Origin: an uncultured Verrucomicrobiae bacterium | GTDB taxonomy: Bacteria; Verrucomicrobiota; Verrucomicrobiia; Chthoniobacterales; Terrimicrobiaceae | DNA length: 64,000 nt | Reading direction: 5' to 3' | Assembly: GCA_963706955.1 (NCBI GenBank) | Contig: CAVPOC010000008.1 | Location: 480,001-544,000 of the forward strand | In this document: positions 9,128 through 19,019 of the stretch, one piece after another | Numbering within the stretch: position 1 is the first letter of the stretch | How the letters are laid out: the number at the start of each line of letters is the position of its first letter | The notes under the pieces: generated by a model | Told to the model about the DNA's origin: nothing | What the model saw: the letters and a program-made list of their open reading frames with translations, nothing else | The model's database searches: none | Position numbers and translations under genes: made by a program

Positions 9128-10411
9128 TTAGGCGGGCTCATTGCTTGGGTCGCGAGTGAGCCCGAAAGCTTGCTCGAGGATATCGGCTGCCATAGAGAGC
9201 CCGTTTGTCTCGGCAATAACTTTCTGGAAATAACGCGCATTGTCGCGAAACGTAGGGTCGGTGAGCACTTCGTCCACGAGACGCGAAAGACCTGGCGCCG
9301 TCAGCTCTTTTAGCGGTGCAACAAGCCCTGTTTTCTTGTCGGCAATTCTCGCGGCGACACCGGGTTGATCATTGGTAATCGGGATTGCGACTCGAGGAAC
9401 GCCTTGGGCCAAAGCTTCGAGGACCGTATTCAATCCCGCATGAGTGATGCAAACCGACGCGCGCTTGAGAAGCTCCAATTGCGGGGCCGATTTTACGGTG
9501 ATCGCGCTCTTTGGAAGAGGTCCGATCTCCTGCGGATCAACGTGATCGCCGAGTGAGAGGACGAGTTGCACATCCTTGAGACCGGAGGTGGCTGCCGCAA
9601 TGGTGTGGAAAACGTTGGCCACCCGGTTCTGCAGTGTTCCCATCGATGCATAGATGAGGGGTTCTCCGGTCAGTCGTTCCCATGGGAATGCGACATCTAT
9701 TCGGCCAACGCCGTCATGGAATGGTCCAGTATGGCGCAATTGGGGCGGCCAATGTGAACTTTCAAAGTCGAACTCTTCCGGTAGTTGGGTGAGCCAAGCC
9801 AGCTTCGACATCGTAGCTCCGGGATCTTCCCAGTCGATTTTGGGTCCAACTCGCTCAGCGTAAGCTCTCGCTCCAGGGTTGGCTCGCTTAACGATGTTAA
9901 GAAAATTTGCCACGCCTTTTCGGTTTCTATCCATGGCTTCCGGGCCGGTCTCGTGAGGCCAATCGTAAATAGGAAGTGGCGTGTAGCCGGAGCAATCGAA
10001 GTGCAGCGCGTTTGATACGTGCACATAGGGCATTCCTAGACTTAGAGGCACCAATTCAGCATAGAACAGGTAGGTGTCGAGGACGAGCGCGTCCACTCCC
10101 GTCGCACGCAGCATGTCCGGAAAGGAATGGAACATGGCATTAGTTATGGCGGCGCAGGCCTCGATGGAAAGCTGGAGAGCCGCCTCCCCCTCACATGTGC
10201 CGATCCCGCGGACATATTCATTGACTGACCCGATTGGAAACTCGTTTTCACAACAGGGAAGAAATGGTAATCCAGCCGCACGAACCAAAGGCTCTGTATC
10301 TGGCAAACACATGAAGACTATTTCGTGATTCCGTGACTGAAGCTTTCGGGCGAGGACACTCATTGGGTTGAGATGTCCCGGCACTGGAACAGAAACAAAT
10401 GCAATTTTCAT
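9128..10411 (-). CDS. GT1 / MGT family UDP-glycosyltransferase (CrtX-like)
   Basis: GHLNPM, IYASMGT and PQLELLKRASVCITHAGLNTVLEAL...DQP motifs. Confidence 0.92.
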   Translation of the reverse strand: MKIAFVSVPVPGHLNPMSVLARKLQSRNHEIVFMCLPDTEPLVRAAGLPFLPCCENEFPIGSVNEYVRGIGTCEGEAALQLSIEACAAITNAMFHSFPDMLRATGVDALVLDTYLFYAELVPLSLGMPYVHVSNALHFDCSGYTPLPIYDWPHETGPEAMDRNRKGVANFLNIVKRANPGARAYAERVGPKIDWEDPGATMSKLAWLTQLPEEFDFESSHWPPQLRHTGPFHDGVGRIDVAFPWERLTGEPLIYASMGTLQNRVANVFHTIAAATSGLKDVQLVLSLGDHVDPQEIGPLPKSAITVKSAPQLELLKRASVCITHAGLNTVLEALAQGVPRVAIPITNDQPGVAARIADKKTGLVAPLKELTAPGLSRLVDEVLTDPTFRDNARYFQKVIAETNGLSMAADILEQAFGLTRDPSNEPA

Positions 10412-10560
10412 GGCCGGAATGATGGACAACCAGATCTTGTGGATGGGCCCATTCCTCTGTCAAGTGCTGCCATCGTTGTCTGAATAATTCGAAACCGTTC
10501 ACGCTGCCGGATTCGTAAGTTCTACTTGGGGCGGCGATCCACCCGCCGAGCAACGAGGAT

Positions 10561-10875
10561 GCCCATCGTGATCCTGTTAGCGGGAGAAGAGCTCTCATTC
10601 GACCGACTCGAGGAGACTTTGCACCACGATCTCGCAGCCGGGGGCCATTACTCCGATTACGCCAATTCTTGCGCAAGATTGTCCGGTTAATGTTTAAACA
10701 CGGACCCCTTGGCATCAATTTGCTTGGAAAGCAGCCCTAATTCCGCTCGCAAGGCTGCTCGTTCCGATTTCTCAAATCACCGCCGTCCACAAGCGCTTTG
10801 GCTTGCGGAACAAGTCATGCTTTGCTCGATGAATTTCACGCTAGCGGCGGGGGCCTGGAAACGGTGCCGATGGGA
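10561..10875 (+). pseudogene. decayed nitroreductase fragment, inverted paralog of 51445-51770
   Basis: Colinear with PIVI...FDRLEETL...TPDYANF...WKAALIPLAR...QVMLCSMNF...TVPM of the 51.3 kb gene, with several 1-bp deletions. Confidence 0.85.
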
Positions 10876-10934
10876 AACCACGTGAAAAATTAGTTAAGAT
10901 TAGCTTAGAAAGGTCAGGATGGCGCGAGGTTTGG

Positions 10935-12212
10935 ACCATTTGCAATACTTGGCAGCAGTCACTTCTCGTCATCATCACCGGGCAAAAGATCGATGCGGTG
11001 CTGATCATGGCCTATCATCGTCGGCTGCTGCGGCTCCCGCAGCGCTTCTTTGATACGATGCGCGTGGGCGACATTATCTCCCGCATGGACGACGCGCTCA
11101 ACATTCGCGCGTTCCTTAGTGAGACCGCCTTAGAGTTAATTCTGAACGCATTTCTTGTCATTTTCGCCTTCGCGGCCCTCTTCTTTTACTCCTGGCAACT
11201 CGCGCTTTTTTCGCTGGCGATTATTCCGGCGATTTTCATCTTGATGATTTTCAACAATCTCATCAACCGCAAGTTCCAGCGAAAGCTGATGGAGAAAACT
11301 GCGGATCTGGAGAGCCATCTCGTCGAGTCACTATCGAACCAACTATCCCTGCGTGCACTCCAGTTACAAAACTGGGCGACGCTGAAAACTGAGACCCGAT
11401 TTGTCGATCTCCTCCGCGCCGCCTGGCAGGCAACCATTCGCACGCAATTCGTCTCGAGCACAGCAAACCTTGTCACTCAGGCCTATGTTATCGGCCTACT
11501 CTGGCTCGGCGCCGCTCTGGTCCTCGATTCGAAGATGACCGCGGGGGCGATGATGTCCTGCTACACGCTGTCCGGTTTCATTGTTGGACCAGTCATGGTG
11601 CTGCTCAATGGAAACCATGCTCTCCAGCAGGCCTTGATTGCCGCCGATCGCCTCTTCGAGATTATGGATCTCGACGTGGAGGCGGACTCAGGGATCATCA
11701 CCTACTCGCCGACACGTGGAAATGGTTACACGATTGAGAAAGTAACCTTTCACCATCCCGGCCGAACGCCCGCTCTCATCGACATTTCCCTCGAGACCAT
11801 GCCGGGCACTCTCACCGTCATTTGCGGCGAGAGTGGCTCCGGAAAAAGCACACTGCTGGCGCTTCTGCAGCGCCACTACGATCCCGACCTGGGAAATATC
11901 GCCCTCGGTGGACACAACCTGTCCACCTACACCATGCGCAGCCTTCGCTCGGCGCTCGCAGTGGTTCCCCAACGTGTCGAGTTGTTCAACGGCACCATCG
12001 TCGAGAATATCGCCCCTGGTGAAAGCGCGCCGAACACAGACCGTCTCCTCGAGGTCTCCGCCGCGCTCGGTCTGGACGAACTTTGGGCCACGCTACCGAA
12101 TGGAATCCTCACGCCGCTGACGGAGCGAGGTTCCAATCTCTCCGGTGGTCAACGACAGCGCATCGCCTTGGCCCGCGCTCTCTTTCAGAATCGTCGCCTA
12201 GCCTCGGGATAA
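10935..12212 (+). pseudogene. truncated peptide/bacteriocin-type ABC exporter (partial TMD plus partial NBD)
   Basis: RFFD.MRVGDIISR, Walker A GESGSGKST and LSGGQRQRIALARAL present; stops before Walker B and lacks the N-terminus. Confidence 0.8.
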
Positions 12213-12356
12213 CGACGCCAATGTCGACCAATCCGTGTCCTTGTAGTTGCTCCACGACCATGTAAGGGCTGACAGGCAACATTAGCAGGTGCTGGCTTCC
12301 CAGGAGGGCCGTCTTCCAAAGACCTCTAGATTTCATTCGAATTGCCGCGGTTGATG

Positions 12357-12773
12357 TTATTTTACGATGATCTTCCCGGTCATATGAGGGTGGATCGAAC
12401 AAAAGTAGGTAAAGGTTCCCGTCGTTGTGAACGTATGGGAGAAGCTCTCATCGGTGTCCAAGGCCGCTGATTTCTTGAATTGATTGTCGGCACTCGCCAC
12501 GACATGCGGCACGTCATCGTGGTTAGTCCAAACTACCGTCGTGCCCGCAGCAACCGTGATTTCTTTTGGCAAGAAGCTGAAGTTATCAATAGCTACCTCG
12601 GCCTTGCCGGCACCGGGGACCGATACCTGCTGTGGGTCGCTTCCCTCAGATCGCATAAGGCCCAGGAGCACGAGGCCAATAGCCAGGACGCAGATGACAA
12701 TTTCAGGTCTCGGGTAATTGCGCCAAGCGGACCTGCGGCAGCGCTGTTGGCAATGGAGGCAATAGAGTGACAT
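12357..12773 (-). CDS. cupredoxin (plastocyanin/amicyanin-like blue copper protein)
   Basis: WTNHDDVPH and YFCSIHPHMTG type-1 copper ligands; N-terminal hydrophobic segment. Confidence 0.9.
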   Translation of the reverse strand: MSLYCLHCQQRCRRSAWRNYPRPEIVICVLAIGLVLLGLMRSEGSDPQQVSVPGAGKAEVAIDNFSFLPKEITVAAGTTVVWTNHDDVPHVVASADNQFKKSAALDTDESFSHTFTTTGTFTYFCSIHPHMTGKIIVK

Positions 12774-12827
12774 AAAAATCAGCCTTTCAATGGTTATTTA
12801 CTAAGGGCGATGTCCCCCTCAGCTCTC

Positions 12828-12855
12828 CATACCGAGAGAGTGAGAAAATATTCCC
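12828..12855 (-). promoter_or_regulatory. putative ECF promoter GGGAATA-N16-GTATG upstream of the cupredoxin gene
   Basis: One of four matching motifs in the cluster. Confidence 0.65.
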
Positions 12856-13038
12856 ACCGAGCGACGCGTTCCTTCACCAACGCTAGTAAATCTTTCCAAT
12901 GGTATCCGTGGTTTACACGCCGGCGCACGGCTTGCGCAAAGGCGCGGCTAATGACGTGGCTCATTGTCAGGATTGACGCTATTTGCAGGTGCTTATTGAC
13001 GAGTCGCTCCGCAGCGAACGACTAAGAGCGTCGCGGGG

Positions 13039-13672
13039 TTACGATGAGAAATGAACCGAAGCCGGTCTTGACATCGCTTCCCCAATCCGGGGAACTGTGC
13101 GCCGTACCAGAGATAATGTGTTTAGCACAAGACTATTTGCCTCGGACCAGTCGGGATCGGCAGTCTTGGCACGTGCGTCGAAACAGATCGTTTTGCCCTC
13201 AGCATTGACGAAGAGATAACGAATTGCCCGAATATTCTGGGTGAAGAGAGATGGTTTTTTTCCGTAAACGATCTTCAGGCCGCGAACAGCGTGCCTCGTA
13301 AAGACGCGTTCGCTGTGCATTGAACCCGCTCCTACCGCCGCCTCAGGTTGCGACCTTGAAACCTCGGTGACTATTATATCGACATCGTCCCCGTCTAGCC
13401 GCCCGAGCAAGCCATGGTTGCCTGGGTTAAGCTCGATACCCCATTTCGTGCGGTCAACCCTGAGCTGAAAACCACCGATCGTAACGTTACTCGTCGACCG
13501 AAGGCATTCGGACATCGAAGGGGTCGTTCGGGGCGACCATGTTCGTTTGGTCGTACTCCTGGGCGAGGATGCTGCCAACGGTGAAAGTGGTAACGGTCGC
13601 GGTAATCGCCAAGTATCGGCCGCCTGATGTGCCCATAAGATTCGAAACATAGGGATGCAAATGTGATTTCAT
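13039..13672 (-). pseudogene. hypothetical exported protein split by a frameshift near 13490
   Basis: Signal-like N-terminus in 13487-13672 continues in the frame of 13039-13650; preceded by the ECF motif. Confidence 0.45.
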
Positions 13673-13748
13673 AAAAGTTGAGTTAGGTTCGTTGTTAGTA
13701 GTGGTGTATTTGACTTACGGGCAAGTGATGAGATCGCCCTCATTGCAT

Positions 13749-13777
13749 CATACTAAGTGTTCGGCCCGAATATTCCC
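13749..13777 (-). promoter_or_regulatory. putative ECF promoter GGGAATA-N17-GTATG
   Basis: Reverse complement gggaatattcgggccgaacacttagtatg. Confidence 0.6.
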
Positions 13778-13944
13778 GTCGGACGATAATGTGTCGCTTC
13801 GGTAGGGTGGCTTCAGGATCCCAGCTTCTTTTGTGAATCGCGCTGGCTCGAGCGCCGGTGTGGTGGCAAGTGCCGGCTGACCGGCATATCTACGAAGTAT
13901 GCCCGGAGCGCTCTATTCGCGGATTGCAACCCGCCCACAGGCGG

Positions 13945-14775
13945 TTAAGGCTGCGGCGCGGTCTGCCTCTCGATCAGTTGCTTAAGCGCCACCAGCTCGT
14001 TGCTGGCAGCATCCGAGACGGCCCAGTAATTGAGGTCGCGATCGGCCCAACGGAGAAGCTGATAACCTTGGCGGCTGATCGCTTTCGTAGTTTTCCCGTC
14101 ACCGGTCTCAATCGGCCAGATGAAGACGTTAACTAAGTGCTTACGCCGCTGGTAAACCAAAGCGGCCACTGGTCTGTTATTAAGGTAATCGAGTCGTCCC
14201 CCAACCAGCGGAAATCCGTCGCTGGCGGGGTTAACCACTGAAGGCGCAAAATCGAGCTTGCCGTCGAACCACGGTTTGACTGTGTGTTGGTCCGAGGAGG
14301 CCACATCGGTAAGATGGTCCACCATGAGCGAGCGCACATGACTGGCGACAAGTTGTGTTGCCAGGAATGGTTCTGCATCCAGTCGTCGCAAGCCTGGCGC
14401 CAAATTCCACACAATCAGAAAGGCCACAGCGAGGGCGGCAGCCAGGCCCAGCCAGTTCCATGGCATCTCAAAGAGAAGTGTCCGGACATCTGGTTGCTTT
14501 CTGGTAACGTCGGACCCAAGTTCTGGCGCGGCACCTGGCACTGACCCGGGAATTTGATCTCGTAGCGACGCTTGAACCCGTTCACGTAAACCTGCTGGAG
14601 CCTTGTGATAAGGAGCGACCACGCCAACCGCACCAACCACCGCGTGATGTTCCTTAAAAAGCTGATCGCAAGCTGAGCATTTTTGCAGGTGCCCTTCGAT
14701 CTCCCTGTTGGTGACCGGATCCAGTTCGCCATCCAGATATGCGTCGACCAGTTCGATGACTTCCTTGCAGTTCAC
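13945..14775 (-). CDS. transmembrane anti-sigma factor with zf-HC2 (ZAS) domain
   Basis: AYLDGEL...HLQKCSAC, single TM segment, SSDQHTVKPWF and GGRLDY; overlaps the sigma stop codon. Confidence 0.92.
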   Translation of the reverse strand: MNCKEVIELVDAYLDGELDPVTNREIEGHLQKCSACDQLFKEHHAVVGAVGVVAPYHKAPAGLRERVQASLRDQIPGSVPGAAPELGSDVTRKQPDVRTLLFEMPWNWLGLAAALAVAFLIVWNLAPGLRRLDAEPFLATQLVASHVRSLMVDHLTDVASSDQHTVKPWFDGKLDFAPSVVNPASDGFPLVGGRLDYLNNRPVAALVYQRRKHLVNVFIWPIETGDGKTTKAISRQGYQLLRWADRDLNYWAVSDAASNELVALKQLIERQTAPQP

Positions 14776-15404
14776 GCTTTCTCCTTTCCAAGGCGATCAC
14801 CCAGGCATTCCTTTAGTCGAGCACGGGCCCGTGCGAGTCGTGACATCACCGTGCCGGGCGGAATCTGCGCGATGTCGGCGATCTCCTTGTAGGATAATTC
14901 TTCAAGGTGACGCAACACCAGAATCTCCCGAAACTCCACCGCCAAATCCTCCATGGCCTCTCTGATGGCCTCCGCATCTTCGGTCTTCTCGAGCGTCAGC
15001 GCCGGATTTGCCGTGTCGCAGCCGGAGGTGTGTATCTCCTCGTCAAAAGTTGCAAGCTCCACCGCTCGGTTCTTTCTCAGCCATGTGTAGGCGGTGTTCC
15101 GGACAATCTTCAGGAGCCAGGCGCGCCCGTCGGAGCCGCGGAACCCGTGGAAAGACTTGAGGGCACGCAGATAGGCTTCCTGCACAATATCCTGCGCATC
15201 GTCTTCGTTACGCACCAACCATCGGGCCAGGTTATGCGCGGCGTCCAAGTGCGGCAACATCAGCGCTTCGAATGACGCAAATTCGTGCTCCTGGGACATA
15301 CCTGGTCCTTCCGGCTTCTTAAGCACGAATAAGTTCACGACCTTCTTCCGCGACTGGAGATCTTCGTCCCTTAAAGGGTACTCCATTGTCAATACTGCCG
15401 CCAT
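14772..15404 (-). CDS. ECF RNA polymerase sigma-70 factor (start may be MSQEHE)
   Basis: DAQDIVQEAYLRA, RAWLLKIVRN and LSYKEIA...GTVMSRLARAR. Confidence 0.93.
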   Translation of the reverse strand: MAAVLTMEYPLRDEDLQSRKKVVNLFVLKKPEGPGMSQEHEFASFEALMLPHLDAAHNLARWLVRNEDDAQDIVQEAYLRALKSFHGFRGSDGRAWLLKIVRNTAYTWLRKNRAVELATFDEEIHTSGCDTANPALTLEKTEDAEAIREAMEDLAVEFREILVLRHLEELSYKEIADIAQIPPGTVMSRLARARARLKECLGDRLGKEKA

Positions 15405-15682
15405 AGCGTTCCTCCAGCGGTCATTTCGCCCGGAGCACCCCCCACTGCGGAAGGGGGCGGCAAACCAGAGTTTCCACGCCGCGCAGCTCGCGGACGATCC
15501 CCTGCCACTGAAAACTGCACCGTGCGCGGACGTCTGAGCATTGCGAGGATATGCAGCAGGCGAGGGCGGGCTCGGGCGCGAGCATCCCGCTCGAGTTCCG
15601 GGAGGTCGTCAATCGAGATTTCCGCGACGGCTCTGGTCTGAGGGAAGCAGATTTTGCTCACACATGTTTGCATTTGTCTAAA

Positions 15683-15710
15683 AGAACGCTTTCGCCCCGC
15701 CCGATATTCC
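15683..15710 (-). promoter_or_regulatory. putative autoregulatory ECF promoter GGAATA-N17-GTTCT facing the sigma gene
   Basis: Reverse complement ggaatatcgggcggggcgaaagcgttct. Confidence 0.5.
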
Positions 15711-15742
15711 AATTTTTCGAGAGAAAGTTTCCATGACCCTCC

Positions 15743-15771
15743 GGGAATAAAGATCTGGCCAATCCGGTATG
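15743..15771 (+). promoter_or_regulatory. putative ECF promoter GGGAATA-N17-GTATG upstream of the metallophosphoesterase
   Basis: gggaataaagatctggccaatccggtatg. Confidence 0.65.
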
Positions 15772-15832
15772 AACCAATGACGGCGCTTCCAAACAGACGC
15801 CGCAAGAACTCATCTCAAAAAGAAACACTACC

Positions 15833-16816
15833 ATGTCCGATCGAATCATCCACGACCACAACCACGACGGCATCGACCGTCGGGGATTTCTCAAATGCAT
15901 GGCCTGGGCCGGGACTGGCGCGCTTTTGGCCGTCAGTGGTGGAGTCTTACGCTCTCAAACGCTGACTCGTGCCGGAGATCTTCAAAAGCATGTGAGGCCG
16001 GGGGACTTGAGCTTTGTGCAAATCAGTGACAGCCACATTGGTTTCAGCAAAGAAGCAAACAAGAATGTTCTCTCCACCCTTCAAGCCGCCATTGACAAGA
16101 TCAACGCCTTGCCGACTCCGCCAGCATTTATTCTTCACACCGGCGATTTGAGTCATCTTTCCAAACCCGAGGAATTCGATGCCCTTGATCAATTGCTCAA
16201 ATCGGCCAGGACGGAGAGGATCTTCTACGTTCCCGGTGAACACGACGTCTTGACCGAAAATGGGGCGATTTATATGGAGCGATATGGAAGGGGGACCAAA
16301 GGCTCTGGCTGGCAGAGCTTTGACGTCAAGGGTGTGCATTTCATCGGACTTGTGAATGTTCTCAATCTGAAGGCTGGTGGCTTGGGCAACCTTGGGCGCG
16401 AACAGCTCGAATGGTTGGAAGACGACGTAAAGGGCCTCGCGAGCAGCACTCCCATCGTCGTCTTCGCGCACATTCCGCTGTGGACCGTATATCCCGAGTG
16501 GGGATGGGGCACCGATGACAGCGAACAGGCACTCTCCTACCTAAGGAGGTTCGGATCCGTGACAGTCCTCAACGGCCATATTCATCAGACGCTGCAAAAG
16601 ATCGAAGGGAACGTGCATTTCCACACGGCTATGTCCACAGCCTTTCCGCAACCGGCTCCCGGGACGGCAGCTTCGCCCGGCCCGATGAAAGTTCCCGCCG
16701 AAAAGCTGCGAAGCGTCCTGGGTCTGGCCAGTGTCAACTATGTTCAGGGCAAACAGGCTCTGGCCATCATTGATTCGCCTCTAGAGGCGACGGCTCCTGA
16801 AACGATCGGCACTTAA
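15833..16816 (+). CDS. Tat-exported calcineurin-like metallophosphoesterase
   Basis: DRRGFLK twin-arginine signal; SDSH, GD, GEHD and GHIH motifs. Confidence 0.92.
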   Translation: MSDRIIHDHNHDGIDRRGFLKCMAWAGTGALLAVSGGVLRSQTLTRAGDLQKHVRPGDLSFVQISDSHIGFSKEANKNVLSTLQAAIDKINALPTPPAFILHTGDLSHLSKPEEFDALDQLLKSARTERIFYVPGEHDVLTENGAIYMERYGRGTKGSGWQSFDVKGVHFIGLVNVLNLKAGGLGNLGREQLEWLEDDVKGLASSTPIVVFAHIPLWTVYPEWGWGTDDSEQALSYLRRFGSVTVLNGHIHQTLQKIEGNVHFHTAMSTAFPQPAPGTAASPGPMKVPAEKLRSVLGLASVNYVQGKQALAIIDSPLEATAPETIGT

Positions 16817-16830
16817 CCAAAAGTACGAAC

Positions 16831-17052
16831 ATGATCATGGCGAGTATCTTCAACCTTGCAGGTGCTGATCTGCTGGCAATTCTCTTCTTCGCCCTGCTAT
16901 TCTTCGGGTCCAAGAAGCTCCCTGAATTGGCCCGGGCGATGGGCAGAGCCGTCAGAGACTTCACCGCGGCTCGAGAGGAGATCGAGAGAGAGCTGACTCA
17001 CTCTGGCTCAAGCCCAGCTCCTGAGGTGAAATTGCCGGAGGTCAGAAACTGA
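16831..17052 (+). CDS. tatA: twin-arginine translocase TatA/TatE subunit
   Basis: TM segment followed by FGSKKLPELARAMGRAVRDF. Confidence 0.88.
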   Translation: MIMASIFNLAGADLLAILFFALLFFGSKKLPELARAMGRAVRDFTAAREEIERELTHSGSSPAPEVKLPEVRN

Positions 17053-17211
17053 CTTCCCCTGAGCGCTATTCAAGACTGACGCCGTCCAGCCTTGCGCCGA
17101 TTGATCGTTCCGGCGATTGCTTGTTGTGCAGGAGGAGCTGACCGGGCTCATTGCGGCGGGGGAATAATTCTCGCAATGCACGGGAGCTTGAAAACACGGA
17201 GATGGATCCAG

Positions 17212-17325
17212 ATGAATTGCCGGCGCTTCTTTGATTTTCGTCAAATGGGCGACGAACCGAAGCCATTTCTCGATCACATCGCAGATGCGACGAGGCACAG
17301 TCTTGAGGGTGATTAAGGTTCGCCA
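17212..17325 (+). pseudogene. possible tatC 5' remnant
   Basis: FDFRQMGDEPKPFLDHIAD resembles the TatC N-terminal PFLDHLEDLR motif; lies right after tatA, then frameshifts. Confidence 0.4.
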
Positions 17326-17456
17326 CGGTTGGCTTCACGTGCGCAGGCCAGCGCGTTCGGCGCGTGTTCTGGGCTGGGTAAATTCGGCGGGTATACGCTC
17401 ATCGTGGTGACCATCTTTCCCGCATTAGCACGGCGGCCGCAACCAGCCCTGTGTCC

Positions 17457-17745
17457 CTAGGCATCGTGCTCGGCCTCGTGGCTTCGCAAAATGTGCTCTT
17501 CGCCATCGTCGGGATATTCCATTTGATCGAGTAGTCGGCGTCCGCGCGAGATGAACTTTTCTACGTCGATCCGCGGCCGGGCCGTCACCGCCAGCGCGGC
17601 GAGAACCCCGGCGATCGTGGCATGAACTCCGGAGAGAAGCATCGCTACCCACATACAGAACGCGAGCAACGCATATGGGAGCGGATTGCGCACTCCGAGT
17701 ATGCTCGCGGCGAGGAGCGCGGCGAAGAATCCGCCCACCACCCCG
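17457..17745 (-). pseudogene. internal fragment of an NhaA Na+/H+ antiporter
   Basis: LGVRNPLPY...MLLSGVHATIAGVLAALAV; both ends missing. Confidence 0.8.
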
Positions 17746-17812
17746 AGGCTTGCAGATTACTATTTGTCGAGGTTCCTCGGACTGAAATACTCCAGGCGAG
17801 ACGAACGACACC

Positions 17813-18301
17813 ATGACCGATACCTCCCGCGATACGCCAAATGTCCTGATCTTCCCCCCGCTGATCCCGCTCTCTGTTCTGGTAGTGGGGGTTGTCCTCA
17901 ATTTTTTTATGCCACTGGGCCTGCTCGCCAACGTTCAATTCCTGGGACGGATCGTGGTCGGCACCATAGCCTTCGTTGTCGGCATCGGAATGGTGATCGG
18001 CGCAAACCGCATCTTTCGTCGGATCGGTACAAACGCTCGACCGTCGCAGCCCACACTGGCGCTCGCGACCACCGGCATATTCACATGGACGCGAAATCCA
18101 ATGTATGTCGGCGGTAGCCTCGCGCTCCTCGGCATCGCAATCGGTTTCGCCCTCGATTGGGTTCTACTGCTCCTGGTAGTGAGCCTGCCTCTCGTGCATT
18201 ACGGCATCATCTTACGCGAGGAGCGCTATCTGGAACGCAAGTTCGGCGACGAATACCGGCGCTACAAGACGAAGGTCCCACGGTATTGGTGGCGATTCTG
18301 A
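17813..18301 (+). CDS. isoprenylcysteine carboxylmethyltransferase (ICMT/PEMT) family protein
   Basis: TGIFTWTRNPMYVG and EERYLERKFGDEYRRY...VPRY. Confidence 0.9.
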   Translation: MTDTSRDTPNVLIFPPLIPLSVLVVGVVLNFFMPLGLLANVQFLGRIVVGTIAFVVGIGMVIGANRIFRRIGTNARPSQPTLALATTGIFTWTRNPMYVGGSLALLGIAIGFALDWVLLLLVVSLPLVHYGIILREERYLERKFGDEYRRYKTKVPRYWWRF

Positions 18302-18638
18302 GTGAGCGTCATACCATCGTACCCGAGTACCGAACTCAAGCGCATCGCGTTCTGGGCATGGTGAAATAGCAGCTCAATTCCTGCAGAGCTGCCCTCGCCC
18401 GGGCGAGGAGTTTAAGCCAGAGCCGAAAGCACTTCGAGAACTGGCTTTATTCCGTGAGATTAATATGCTGGCCCCTGTCCATTATGACGATGAGTGATAA
18501 CCACCCGCCGCATTCGTGGTGGCTGCTTTCGCAGCGTCGCCGATTTGCGCCAAGCCATCACGGACTACCTCGCTCATCACAATACCTATCCCAAACCCTT
18601 CCGGTGGACAGCTTCCGCCGACTCGATCCTCGAAAAGT

Positions 18639-18716
18639 ATTGCCTTTGCGACTCATGCTTGGAGTGACGCCCCAGGCCCTCAGGCACTACTGGAAGGCAT
18701 CGGCTGCAAATTCCAC
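18639..18716 (-). pseudogene. small IS3-family transposase (integrase core) remnant
   Basis: Minus strand VEFAADAFQ*CLRAWGVTPSMSRKGN contains the IS3-type SMSRKGN motif. Confidence 0.5.
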
Positions 18717-19019
18717 GGCGGGCTTGCTCAACAATTGGGTCAGAGCGCATTTGTGGACCGGCTACCGTTCGATTGTGATGATGTGGGCTTGAATCTTGCC
18801 GTCCACAGCACCCGCGCCGAACCGACTTGTGATTGCCGCCGTCGCAATTTCGGTGGCCTCGACTAGGCGTGAGGGACCACGCGCCTCGATTTCACTACGA
18901 AGAGGCGTGCCTTGGCAGTAGGCCACGGCAGGAATACGCGGCGAGTCCGCACGACTGCGCGCAGCGAGCGTGGTGACCTCGGGCAATCGTCCGCGAGAAC
19001 ACGGACTCCAAGCCACAGC

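Noticed and set aside
10998..12212. Functional bacteriocin/RiPP export locus
   Set aside because: The transporter lacks its N-terminus and Walker B, and no precursor or modification genes are nearby.
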